Source: Squalus acanthias (lineage: Eukaryota). From it: a stretch of 64,000 nucleotides of DNA. The position numbers were made by a program, and so were the translations under genes. The notes beneath the pieces are model-generated. The model was given only the letters and a program-made list of their open reading frames with translations, made no database searches and was not told where the DNA came from. Of this stretch, positions 12,765 through 24,862 are shown piece after piece; the first letter of the stretch is position 1, and each line of letters starts with the position of its first letter. Location of the stretch: assembly GCA_030390025.1 (NCBI GenBank), contig CM059432.1, positions 39,372,001 through 39,436,000 on the forward strand, given 5' to 3'.

Positions 12765-13689
12765 TTACGCCATCGTAATTCATTTGGAAGGTCTCTCAAC
12801 ATCCGGGTTTCCACATGTGCTTGCGCATGCGCGAAATCCGGAACTTGCGATCTGTCAAGAAACACCTTGACAGATCATCCAAACTGCATGAAAACTGAGT
12901 ATTGCTGGCACAGAGTTGGGCTATTTGCCCAACAACTGCCCAGCAATTGCCCATGAAACTCTTATGGCTGGTAAAAGCAGGCATATGGGCCTGCTTTCAT
13001 CAGCGTAAGGGTATATATAAACCTTAAATTAAACATTTAAAAATCCAAAATTATGCGCATACACTTTAAATTAGTTTATGTAAATATTGGCCCGGATTAA
13101 GATGTTTAAAATTATTTATCAAAAAAATTACATTTTTAATTGAGGATGGTGCAATGAAGGGACTGATGAATAAAATTGCAATCCAGTACATTTATAATCA
13201 TTAGAATTCTGGAAATTGTAGAATTTTGGGGGATTCCACTGCATATCATTAGGGGATTTCCTTCGTAAATGATTGCAATGGAATCCTCCTTTTTCATTGG
13301 AGGACTGGGCCTACGTGATCTCAGGGACACTTCTGAACCGCCTGCGTTCCTGGGATCCGTGGGCCTTTACGCTGCCGCTCCAGAGATACGCCTCCGACCG
13401 CAATTCCTAGCCCAATGAGTTGCTATATAAATGCCAATATTTATTTTTATTTTATTGTAGTATATACTAATTTCTCTCACTCATAAAATAGTAATAAATC
13501 ACAACTGAAGAGGTGAGGAACTTAGCAATCAGCAATATAAAAAAATCCAATCATGAAGTTCAAAAAAATATGAATCAAAAATGGGCACTTAGTCACAGCT
13601 ACCAATTAAAAAACCATAATAATCAATTCTGTCAGAATATGTTTTAAAAATCCTTTTGGGTGCTGAGAAAATAACTACTGGATTTTCTG

Positions 13690-13880
13690 GGTTCTACGTG
13701 TTGATATGATCTGGAATGCACCACCTGAAAGGGTAGTGGAAGCAGATTCAATAGTAATTTTCAAAAGGGAGTTGGATAAATACTTGAAAAGGAGAAATTT
13801 GCCAGGGTATAGGGAGAGAGCAGGGGAGTGGGACCAATTGGATTGGCCCAATGGCCTCTTCCTGTGCTGTAAGATTCTAC
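13690..13880 (+). mobile_element. CR1 3' fragment
   Basis: Encodes IWNAPPERVVEADSIVIFKRELDKYL followed by CR1 3' UTR. Confidence 0.85.
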
Positions 13881-13919
13881 GATTTAACGCTAAGCTGAGC
13901 ACTTACAATTGGAAATAAG

Positions 13920-14023
13920 GGCCCTGAAATTCCACAGGGCTTCTCCTTGTTGTAATCCTGGCAGACCAGAGAAATCCCCAGTGAATCAGTGTAAAAGGAA
14001 AATCCCTGTAGAATTTCAGGATC
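13920..14023. mobile_element. 104-bp Harbinger-type mini-MITE
   Basis: 20-bp TIR GGCCCTGAAATTCCACAGGG / CCCTGTAGAATTTCAGGATC; TSD AAG/AAG. Confidence 0.75.
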
Positions 14024-17000
14024 AAGGGATTTTACCATAATAAAGATTTAAACATTACAAAATCTGAGGTAATGAAAGAGAGACCAGCCTACCAGTGACT
14101 AGGAATGAGTGCACAACTTAATTCTCAGGCCCTTGGAAGAGTTTCTCCATGTATTATAATTGTTGCCAGACACACAGAAGTGCTACTGGTACTGAAACAG
14201 CAATATGCCACTTCAAGGTATATCGATAGATGATACATATGACTAAATATATTACTGGAGATATTAAATAAGAGCTTAGGGAACACAGATTAATTAATGA
14301 GAGCAAAATGTTGGCAAAAAGACCATATAAAATGTGTGTGATTTATTCAATGTGATCAAGATGGCATTCAAAATGTCACATTTTAATTTTTTTTCACATT
14401 TAAAACTATTAAATATATTTAAAAATCAAAATGATCTTAATAAAAAAATTCATGTGAATATTTTAGGGCTGTAAGATAAAGGAAGCAAATTTATTTTTTT
14501 GCTGAGCAAAAGCAGTTCAACAAGATAAACAAAAGGGATGCTGCCGCTATGAATCTGCCACTCTAACTTTAAGTAACATTAAGTAACTGTTGTGTGATAC
14601 AGTGGGCTTTATACATATGTACGTATCATAGCCATTTAATATCACATCTGCTGTTCATTGAGCTTTTTCTAAATAATTTAGTCAAATCGTCAATTTTTTT
14701 AAATGAATCAATTATTGAGTGCAAATCTGGAAACCAAAGTAATTTTATTTTATTTTGCAAGTATTGAACAGGAATGACTATTTCTTTGTTTATGGGGTTT
14801 CTACCCGACTAAGATTTGTAATTGGTTTACATGATTTAGTGTCTTTATACTTTATACTTCCTGTGTGTTGTCAGGAGGTATGGCAATGATAAAATATTAT
14901 TATTTCTATAAAATTGCTTTCATCAAGCATCAAGAATTTCAACATAAATTTACCATGAGAGTTATTTCAAAGTCATGCCTGTGGTTTTTGTTAACTTCTA
15001 ATTAGAAATCTATCTTTTCTCACTAATACAAACCAGTGGCTGCGGATCGGTCGGAATCCGACTAATGTTAAAAAGAAAATCATTGAAAACTCGTAGAATG
15101 CTTCGATGATGTTTTCGTCCTCTATTGGAAATTGAAAAAAGTTATAAGTAAGAAAAAACAAATGAAAAGCAGAAAACAATTTTGCATTTATGTTTCAGTA
15201 ATTGACATAATTATCAGAGTTCTGACCTGCTCTACTGTTAAAAATTGGAACAATGTAAAGACATTTCTCAGAGTTTTATCTGTGAATTTGCACTCTTCAA
15301 GGTGAAAGTTGGAGAATGGACGCTTTCCATTTCGGGCAACCGGTGTCAGTGCTGACCAGTCCCATATCATGTATAGCATGGCTAGATACAAAGGTAAGCT
15401 CCCTCTGCTCTGGTTCAATGCTGTCTCTTAACTTCAAGTGTAGAAGAACAGCATCTAATGCACCAGGGTGACATTTTCCAGTTTACCACACTAGTCATCA
15501 ACTAGACTTTGAGTGATATACCCAACATAGTGCTAAATTAGTGGTAATCTTATGTTGACCATCAGCCTATTCTCAATGATCAACAAAGTAATGGAAAGTG
15601 CCGTCGACAATGCAATCAAATGGCACTTACTCACCAATAAACTGCTCAGTTTGGGTTCTGCCAGGACCACTCGGCTCCAGAGCTTATTACTGCCTTGGTC
15701 CAAACTTGGGCAAAAGAGCTGAATTCCAGGGTGAGTTGAGAGTGTCTGCCGTTGACGTCAAGGCAGCATTTGAACGAGTGTGGCACCAAGGAGCCCTTGT
15801 AAAACTGAAGTCAATGGAGATCAAGGGAAAACTTTCCACTGGCTGGAGTCATACCTAGCACAAAGGAAGATGGTTGTGGTTGTTGGCCAATCATCTCAGC
15901 CCCAGGACATCACTGTAGGAGTTCCTCAGGGCAGTGTCCTAGGCCCAACTATCTTCAGCTGGAGGAGCTCGAGCTCCAGGTTTTGGAGCTTGAGCAGCAG
16001 CTGGCGTCACTGCGGTGCATCCGTGAGACTGAGAGCTTCGTGGATAGCATGTTTCAGGAGGTGGTCACCCCACAGATAAAGAGTGTGCAGGCAGAAAGGG
16101 AATGGGTGACCACCAGACAGAAGAGGAGGACCAGGCAGGTAGTGCAGCAGTCCCCTGAGTGCATCTCGCTCTCCAACCAGTATTCAGTTCTGAGTACTGG
16201 TGAGGGCGATGGTTCCTCTGGGGAGTATAGTCTGCGGCACCATGGGTGGTTCAGCTGTACAGGGGGTGAGGAAGAAGAGTGGGGAAGCGATAGTGGTAGG
16301 GGATTCAATAGTGAGAGTAGCAGTCAGGCATTTCTGTGGCCGGGTTGATATGTTGCCTCCCTGGTGCCAGAGTCAAGGATGTCACCGAGCGGCTGCAGAA
16401 CACTCTGAGGGGGGAGGGTGAACAGCCAGAGGTCGTGGTCCATATCTGTACCAACGACATAGGTAGAAAGAGGGATGAGGTCTTGCAGGCAGATTTCAGG
16501 GAGCTAGGAAAGAGATTAAATAGCAGGACCTCAAAGGTAGTAATCTCCGGATTGCCCCCGGTGCCATGCGCTAGTGAATATAGAAATCAGAGGATAGTGC
16601 AGATGAATGCGTGGCTGGAGAGATGGTGCAGGAAGGAGGGCTTCAGATTCCTGGGGCAGCATTGGGACCGGTTCTGGGGGAGGTGGGACCTGTACAGGCC
16701 AGACGGGTTGCACCTCAACAGGGCCGGAACTCGCGGGGAGGTTTGCTAGTGCTGTTGGGGAGGGTTTAAACTAATTTTGCAGGGGATGTAACATTAGAAA
16801 GGGGAAATAAAGTGCTCAAAGGATTGGGAGAGGCAGAGAGCACTAAAGTAAGAAATAGTAAGGTATTAGAGGGGGTCAAACTAAGAGAATACAGGATGGT
16901 CTTAGATGTGTTTACAGTGTATGCATGTGAACGTACGAAGCGTAGTAAACAAGGTTGGTGAGCTGCAGGCACAAATAGCCACATGGGAATATGATGTTGT

Positions 17001-19250
17001 GGCAATAACGGAGACCTGGCTCAAAAAAGGGAGGATTGGGTATTAAATATTCCTGGTTATAAAGTGTTCAGGAAAGATAGGGAAGGAAAGATAGGAGGTG
17101 GTGTGGCAGTATTGGTCAAGGAGAATGTTACAGTGCTGGAGAGGGAGGATGTCCTGGAGGAGTCAAGGACAGAATCTATGTGGCTAGAGTTAAGAAATAA
17201 TAGAGGTGCCATTACACTACTAGGTGTATTCTATAGACCACCGAATAGTGGGAAAGATATGAAGGAGCAAATTTGCAGAGGAATTACAGAGAGGTGCAAG
17301 AACTATAGAGTAGTAATAATGGGAACTTCAACTATCGTAATATAGACTGGGATCATAATAATGTAAAGGGCAGAGAAGGGGAAGAATTTCTGAAGTGTGT
17401 TCAGGAGAACTTTCTTGATCAATATGAATCTGGCCTGACGAGGGAGAAGGCATTGCTGGATCTGGTTCTGGGAAATGAGATAGGTCAAGTGGAGCAAGTG
17501 TCAGTAGGTGAACATTAAGGAACAGTGATCATAATATCATAAGGTTCAGATTAGCTATGGAAAAGGACAGGGAGCAATCTAGAGCAAGAATGTTTAACTG
17601 GCGGAAGACCAATTTCAGTGGGATGAGAATGGATCTGGCCCGGTTAAACTGGAATCAAAGATTGGCAGGCAAAACTGTAATGGAACAATGGGCTGCCTTT
17701 AAAGAGGAAATAGTTCAGGTACAATTGAGGTACATTCCCACTAGGGGGAAAGGCAGGGCAACTAAAGTCAGGGCTCCCTGGATGCCGAAAGAGATAGAGA
17801 ATAAGATGAAACAGAAAAAGAGTGCATAAGACAGATGTCAGGTTGCAAATACATCTGAGAATCAGGCTATATATAGAAAGGTCAGATGAGAAGTGAAAAA
17901 GAAAGTAAGAGGGACAAAGAGAGGGTATGAGAATAGAATGGCAGCTAACATAAAAGGTAATCCAAAAGTCTTCTATAGGCATATAAATAGTAAGAGGGTA
18001 GTAAGAGGAGGGGCGGGGCCAATTAGGGACCAAAAAGGAGACCTACACATGGAGGCAGAGGGGATGACTGAAGTACTAAATGAGTACTTTGCATCTATCT
18101 TCACCGAGGAAGAGGATGCTGCCATAGACATAGTGAAGGAGGAGGTAGTGGAGATACTTGATAGGATAAAAATTGATAAAGAGGAGGTACTAGAAAGGCT
18201 GCCTGTACTTAAAGTAGATAAACACCAGGAGTGGATGGAATGCATCCTAGGATGCTGAGGGAGGAAATCACGGAGGTACTGCCCACAATATTCCAATCCT
18301 CCTTAGATATGGGGGTGGTGCCAGAGGACTGGAAAATTGCAAATGTTACACCATTGTTCAAAAAAGGGTGTAAAGATAAACTCAGCCACTACAGGCCAGT
18401 CAGTTTGACGTCGGTAGTGGGGAAGCTTTTAGAAACAGTACTCAGGGACAAAATTAACAGTCACTTGGACAAGTGTGGATTAATTAAGGAAAGCCAGCAC
18501 GGATTTGTTAAAGGCAAATCGTGTTTAACTAACTTGATTGAGTTCTTTGATGAGGTAACAGAGAGGGTTGATGAGGGTAATGCAGTTGACGTAGTGTACA
18601 TGGATTTCCAAAAGGCGTTCGACAAAGTGCCACATAATAGGCTTGCCAGCAAACTTGAAGCCCATGGAATAAAAGGGATAGTGGCAGCATGGATACGGAA
18701 TTGGCTAAGTGATAGGAAACAGAGAGTAGTGGTGAACGGTTGTTTTTCGGACTGGAGGAAGGTATACAGTGGTGTTCCCCAGGGGTCGGTTCTAGGACCA
18801 CTGCTTTTCTTGATATATATTAATGACTTGGACGTGGGTGTACAGGGCACAATTTCAAAATTTGCAGACGACACAAAACTTGGAAGTATAGTGAACAGTG
18901 AGGAGGAGAGTGATAGACTTCAGAAAGACCTTGGGTTTGATGTTAACCAGCCCTGAGGAGGCGGGTTTCGAGGCATGTCAGCTGGTAAAATCGGAAAAAA
19001 TGGCTTCAGACACCCAACCGCCTCCATCCCGCCCCCACGCGATTTTCCTGAGTGTTCGTTCAGCTGCTCCCAAACTGACCCGACTCCAACCGATGGGACA
19101 GGTAGTTAAGGCAGTTAAGTGCCTGTTAACTGCCTTGATAATCCTATTTTGACAGATATTTTCCATTTTCCTGCCTCTGGCTCCTGTTTCCCGTCTTGTC
19201 AGAAACAGTCCTACTGCAAGGAGATGAGTTGGTGGAGGACATGATCTGTA

Positions 19251-21755
19251 GACGGTGATTTTCCCACTGGAGGTGAGATGGAGGCGGGTTTCAATTTGGG
19301 TGGGTTTGAAACTCGCCTCCACTGATGGGAAAATCGCAAAATTTTGAAACCTATGATTGTCCACTTGATTTCAGAGGTGTGGGATGCCCTTGGTCAATTA
19401 GTGTTTTGGGACTGAAACTCGCCTCTGTTGACAACACTTTTCCAGTCTGATTTTATAGCTTCTTGCTCCCTTGGCTCACTCCACAGCATTTCTGCATCTC
19501 CTGCACCACCTCCAACATCTTTTGAGAAACCTATGTCCAATTCCAAGGCAAGGGCCTACCCGAGGCTCTCAGATGAGGCGCTGCAAATGTTGTTTGAGGG
19601 GGTGAGAGCTGGCATGGAGGTGCTCTTCCACTCATCTCAGAGGAAGAGGCCTGCCAAAGAAACCAAGGCTGTGAGGGTACAGCTGACAAGGGATAGAACC
19701 TCCAGATCTGTGTGCAGATTGGGAGACTGTTTCTGTGTATTGATGAAATGCCACCCCTGTTGGAAAGCATTAAAATGATTTGAAGCCAAAATGTTGGCGT
19801 TATGCCATCTGTTCTTTCGCCTTAGGAAGCTCCACATTGCGGGCACCGCCACACTTGCGTTGTCTGGTTGGTGGCCTGAGTGAAAGGAGGCCAGAGAGTC
19901 ATGTCCATTGTCAATGAAGTCCTAGGATGGAGCCAAGGACATGTGCAAACTTGGGCAACCTATGCAAATCTGGCCATGATAAGTTCATCCCTTGCATCCC
20001 TGGCAGCCATGTGCTCGCGTGCTGCCACTGCCGCTGGTCGATACACCGGCGCTCTGACCTCCTCCTGCTCCTCCTCCTCCTGCTCCTCCTCCTCCTCCAG
20101 CTCCTCCTCCTCAGCCTCCTCCTCTTCATCTGAGGAGGGCTGGAACTGAGCCGTTTGCTCATCAGGAAGCTGCAAGCCACGACGCTGTGCGATGTTATGC
20201 AGTGTACAGCAGACCACGACCATTCTGGAGACCCTGTATGGTGTATACTGCAGGGCTCCACCTGATTGGTCAAGGCAACGGAAGCGCATCTTCAACAACC
20301 CAATGGTCTGCTCTATGATGGACCTGGTCGAAGTGTGGCTGGCGTTGTAGCGCTCTTGAGCCTCGTTAGCTGACCTCCTGATCGGCGTCATTAGCCACTT
20401 CTTCAGGGGATAGCCTTTGTCATCAAGGAGCCATCCATTAAGTTGGTTTGGTGGATTGAAAAGCGGAGGAACATTAGAGTGCCGCAGGATGAAAGAGTCA
20501 TGGCAATTTCCACAGAACTTGGCGCAAACACAAGAACTCCTTCTTGTGGTTACACACCAGCTGAACGTTGAGGGAGTGGAAGCCCTTTCGGTTGACAAAG
20601 AAAGCTGGGTTGTGATGGGGTGCCCTAAGGGCCACATGTGTGCAATCTATGACGCCCTGCACCATTGGCATGCCTGCCATATATGCGAATCCAACCGAAC
20701 GGGCGGTTATACTTGCTTGATCCCTTGTGAACTGGATGTAATTGTGGGCCTTAGCAAAAGGGGCATCGGTAACCTGGGTGATGCAACTGTGGGTGTCTGA
20801 CTGGGAGATGCCGCTGATGTCTGCTGATGATCCCTGGAAGGAGCCTGAGGCAAAGAAGTTGAGTGCGGTGGTGACTTTGACAGCCACTGGTAAGGGGTGT
20901 CCATCCGTTCCTCTGGGCACCAGGTCTTGCTGCAGCAGGCCGCAGATCTCTCGGACAACCTCTCGCGAAAGTCTCAACCTCCTTTGGCACTGCTGCTCAC
21001 TCATGTTGAGGTAGCTCATCCTTTGTCTGTAAACCCTCTGTGGGGGTTATCTCCTGCGGCGAGGTGCCTCGATGCGCTGGTGCCTTCTGCCCTGTGCACA
21101 TCAGGTAGCTGAGCAGGAGGTTGGGGCTACTGCTGATGTTGCTGCTGAGCTGCCTGGTTCTGCTGCTGCCCTGGATGGTCCTCATCCTCATCTGAGGTCC
21201 ATGGTGAAAGAAAATGAATGGTTCCCATGCTGCTTGTAGATGCCTCCTTTGGGGAAGCGCTCATTGCAAGCGGGGAGAGGGTCTTCCAAGGAGGTCCCAC
21301 AGTTGATGGAGTCAAGCTGCAGCACCTCCGACTTCCGAAGGCCTTCTAAAAGTGCTCAGAGACCTTTTAAAGCCAAGGTCTGGCACCTGCAAGTAATCCT
21401 TGCTGCAATAAACGATGTCTTGTTAGACCTGCAGCAGTGAGGAGGCCACCCACGAGTCAACCCGCCAGGTTTACCTGGCGTGGTTCAGGAGGTGCGTGGA
21501 GCATGCCGAAATGCTGGGAAATTCACGAGGGCCTCTCAAAATAGGTTTAGAGAGGCCCTTAACAAGCATTTAAGGTAGTTAATTAGCGCAATGGCCAGCT
21601 GGAGGCGGGAGCGTTTCCCGATCTCCAAAACCGTCACCGGCAAAATCCCATGGAGGCGGGTTGGAGGCAGGGTCCGAACCCGACCTCTTTGAATCTAATT
21701 TTACCGCCTTTCCCGCCTCCAAACCCGCCTCCTCCGACGTCAGAAAATTGCCCCC
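19251..21755 (-). mobile_element. Inner Harbinger transposon with full-length but disrupted transposase and a truncated convergent Myb gene
   Basis: Termini GACGGTGATTTTC / GAAAATTGCCCCC; flanks GTA/ATA; GGAGGCGGGTTT subterminal repeats; Myb start MSNSKARAYPRLSDEALQML at ~19533 (+). Confidence 0.75.
19960..21228 (-). pseudogene. PIF/Harbinger (HARBI1-like) DDE transposase pseudogene
   Basis: Motifs [70 protein letters not shown]; stop at ~21127 and a frameshift near 20530. Confidence 0.92.
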
Positions 21756-21983
21756 ATAGTCATTATTGGTGCAGAACTTTAAAAGCGCTCCTTTAAAATG
21801 GCTGGCATTCAAATGCAACAATTTTGTTGTTGGAGGTTTGGGATAAGATTTTGAAAATCTACTGACCTTGTAACTGGTCAAGCTGACACACATCTGCTGG
21901 TTGAACTGATTGGGAATAATTTCAGGCCACTTTGAGTGTGCGCTTGCAAGCTTCTTGCCTCAACTGAAATCTATAACAAAGGG

Positions 21984-22247
21984 ATGGGAACCATTTACAT
22001 TCTCTCATCCTGGACGCCAGATTCGGAGGAAGAGCAGCGCGGCTTAGTGCTGCCGGATGAACAAGTGGCTCAACACACAGCCTCCTTGGAGGAAGATGAA
22101 GAGGACGAGGAAGAGGACGAGGAGGAGGACGAGGAGGAGGATGGGGAGTGATGCCTTGCAGGGCCGGATGTGGCCAATCCAGCAGCAGGCGACCACATTG
22201 CTGGCCGTCAGGCAAGGAATGCACTCATCCATGCCAGATTCGCGTAA
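21984..22247 (+). pseudogene. Harbinger transposase with the whole catalytic core deleted (N-terminus fused in frame to C-terminus)
   Basis: MGTIYILSSWTPDSEEEQ matches the start, and RGLVLPDEQ..EEE..HIAGRQARNALIHARFA* matches the end, of the 19960-21228 transposase; one internal TGA at 22149. Confidence 0.85.
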
Positions 22248-22429
22248 GCTTACGCTTCAACCACAGGTGGCTGGCACATGGAGATGAATATAAGTCCGAC
22301 ATTCTCAAAACCCCAGGCATCATCTGTCCAATAAATGGTGGTTTGCGCTCAGTGTCACCACCAACATTGTACATGGAAATCACCCTGAGCCCTCACTCTT
22401 GAACTTCCATTTCCCAGAACACAGAGGCC

Positions 22430-22673
22430 ACACTTTAGGTGATCTCAGTAGATCATTAAACCTTTTTCCACACTGAACCCATGTGTGTCTGCACACAGAC
22501 CTCGAGCTCACCTCCTCAGCAATTTGCAGCCAAGCTGCCTTGGTTTGTTGAGGAGGCATCCTCCTTCCATTTCCAGGGAAGAGGAGCTCCTGACGTCCTC
22601 TAACTCCCTCAACAAGAGCATGGAGGGAGCCCTCATTGAACCTGGGTGCATCCTTAGTTTTTGGGGCTGCCAT
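22430..22673 (-). pseudogene. Harbinger Myb/SANT exon 1 remnant
   Basis: MAAPKTKDAPRFNEGSLHALVEGV...WVQCGKRFNDLLRSPK, closely similar to 12253-12492. Confidence 0.85.
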
Positions 22674-24096
22674 TCCTGCAGCTCCCAGCACCTGTAAGAG
22701 AAAAAAGCATTAATATCACTAAGCCAATGATTGGAATAAATCTGACATCTTTTTCATTTCATAGTCAGGTTATAAATTGATATATACAAAAAATCATTAA
22801 AATCTTTCTGGAAAAATATGACCAGCAATTTCATTCATTAAATTTTGTTCAGAACAGACGCTGTCGACTCCCCTTTCTATATGTTGCAGCACCAATCCAT
22901 TCCATTGACATTATTCCCAAAGGGGACATGGCCCCTTTAAATTTTCTTTCAAACAACGTGTCATCAGACGTGAGAAATTGACAGCCTCCAAGCAATTGCC
23001 TGGAGGGACCCGCACATCGGCCGTAACGAGGCCAATCAACAGAAATTCGTAAGTTCTGGGAGGCGGCTGCCGGGAGCGGGTCGGAAAGCCTCTGAGCAGC
23101 GGACCCGCACTTAGGCCGCCTCCATTAGTAAAATCGCGGCCCTAGACAGGCTGGTGAAATGGGCAGACACGTGGCAGATGAAATTTAGCGCAGAAAAGTG
23201 TGACGTGATACATTTTGGTAGAAAGAATGAGAAGAAGACATATAAACTAAATGCTACAATCCTGAAGGGAACAGAACAGAAAGACCTGGGGGTATGTGTG
23301 CACAAATCGTTGAAGGTGGAGGGCAGGTTGAGAAAGCAGTTAAAAAGGCTTACGGGACCCTGGGCTTCATAAATAGAGGTATAGAATACAAAAGCAAGGA
23401 AGTTACAATGAACCTTTATAAAACACTGGCTCGGCCCCAACTGGAGTACTGTGTCCAATTCTGGGCACCACACTTTAGGAAGGATGTGAAGGCCTTAGAG
23501 AAGGTGCAGAAAAGATTTACAAGAATGATTCCAGGAATGAGGGACTTCAGTTACATTGATAGACTGGAGAAGCTGGGGTTGTTCTCCTTGGAGGAGAGAA
23601 GATTGAGAGGAGATTTGATTGAGGTATTCAAAATCATGAGGGGTCTGGACAGAGTAGAAAGAGAGAAGCTGTTCCCATTGGCGGGAAGGGTCGAGAACCA
23701 GAGGACACAGATTTAAAGTGATTGGCAAAAGAACCAAAGGCGATGTAAGAAAAACTTTTTTTACGCAACGAGTGGTTATGATCTGGAATGCACTGCCTGA
23801 AAGGGTGGTGGAGGCAGATTCAATCATGGCTTTCAAAAGGGAGTTGGATAAATATCTGAAGGAAAGAAATTTGCAGGGCTACGGGGAAAGGGCAGGGGAG
23901 TGGGACTAGCTGAAGTGCTCTTGCAGAGAGCCGGCACAGGCTCGACGGGCTGAATAGCCTTCTTCCATGCTGTAACCATTCTATGATTCTATGATTCTAC
24001 TTCATCAATGACCTTCCCTCCATCATAAGGTCAGAAGTGGGGCTATTTGCTGATAATTTCACAGTGTTCGGTTCCTTTCACAATTCCTAAGATAAT

Positions 24097-24862
24097 GGGC
24101 CAGAAATTAGGCACTTGCCGGGTGAGTACGCGCTGTGTACTCACCCGTAAGGCCTCCTGAAGTGCCGGTTTCCTGCATGCACTGCGCATGCGTGGGAAAC
24201 CGGAACTTCTGGTCTCGTGAAGGGAGAGGTTCAGAGATGAACCGCGTGCGCGGGAGAGGCTGCGCGCACGCAGCGAACTTAGGTTTTTTTTCAGGTTTCT
24301 ACGGGAAGGTAAGTATGGAAGAAGCTGCGCTTTTAAAAAGGAGGCGCAAGACCTGTTTTTAACAAGGTAAGTGGTTAATTAATTACAATTAAAAAAATTT
24401 TTCAACAGGTTTATCTTTTTTAGATACTTTAAAGAAAGGTAAGTTTATTTTTAGCACTGTTAAAAAGTATTTTAATTTTTTCAAAAATTAAAATTTTTGT
24501 TTAAAGTAGTTAATTTATTTAACTTACAGTTATTTTTAAAATGTGATGGTTTTTTAAAAAATGTATTTGAAGTTTAGGTGTTGTTTTGGGACCGATTTCA
24601 ATTCATAGATTTGACAGGTCTTCATGTCAAATCTATGAATGAAAGATGGTCTGCTGCCATTGGCTCTCCATGGCCCACGTGATCCCAGGGGACGCATCGC
24701 ACTAACTACGCCCCTGGAACACACAAGCACTGCGTGCCGGCAGCTGCAGGAGGCCCAGGACCCGAAGTCCCCGTGGACCCAGAGGTCAACGGCAGGCACG
24801 GTAGGTAGGTGCGCGCGGGATCCTTGCACCCGCGGGAAGCCAGGGAGCCTAATTTCTGGGCC
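24097..24862 (+). mobile_element. 766-bp Harbinger-type MITE
   Basis: TIR GGGCCAGAAATTAGGC / GCCTAATTTCTGGGCC; perfect TSD AAT; empty site CAGATAATGAAGCA present in the sister LINE (~51631-51644, minus strand). Confidence 0.92.

Larger units (their letters stand above)
9942..13413 (+). mobile_element. Harbinger-type MITE (9942-9979 + 12765-13413) split by a nested Harbinger
   Basis: Termini GTCCCTGAAATTGCGGTC / GACCGCAATTCCTAGCCC; flanks AAA/AAT; body homologous to 24097-24862 (GCGCATGCG..CCGGAACTT). Confidence 0.75.
18933..23141 (+). mobile_element. Outer Harbinger deletion derivative (18933-19250 + 21756-23141), same family as 9980-12764
   Basis: Both ends homologous to the ends of 9980-12764; TSD CTT/CTA inside the CR1 RT; holds a core-deleted transposase (+) and Myb exon 1 (-). 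Confidence 0.8.
15962..23999 (+). mobile_element. CR1 LINE (ORF1 esterase + ORF2) interrupted at 18933-23141
   Basis: ORF1 IVVGDSIV..DGLHLN; EN and RT motifs; reading frame DRLQKD-L-DRLVKWAD rejoins across the insertion; tail (TTCTATGA)n ends at 23999. Confidence 0.95.

Noticed and set aside
19960..21228. Host HARBI1 gene
   Set aside because: Has a stop and frameshift and lies between TIRs with a TSD inside a CR1, so it is a transposon copy.
18933..23141. Composite transposon using the left end of one element and the right end of another
   Set aside because: 18933-19250 is homologous to the left end of 9980-12764, and a separate inner TIR/TSD pair exists at 19251/21755. Simple nesting explains it.
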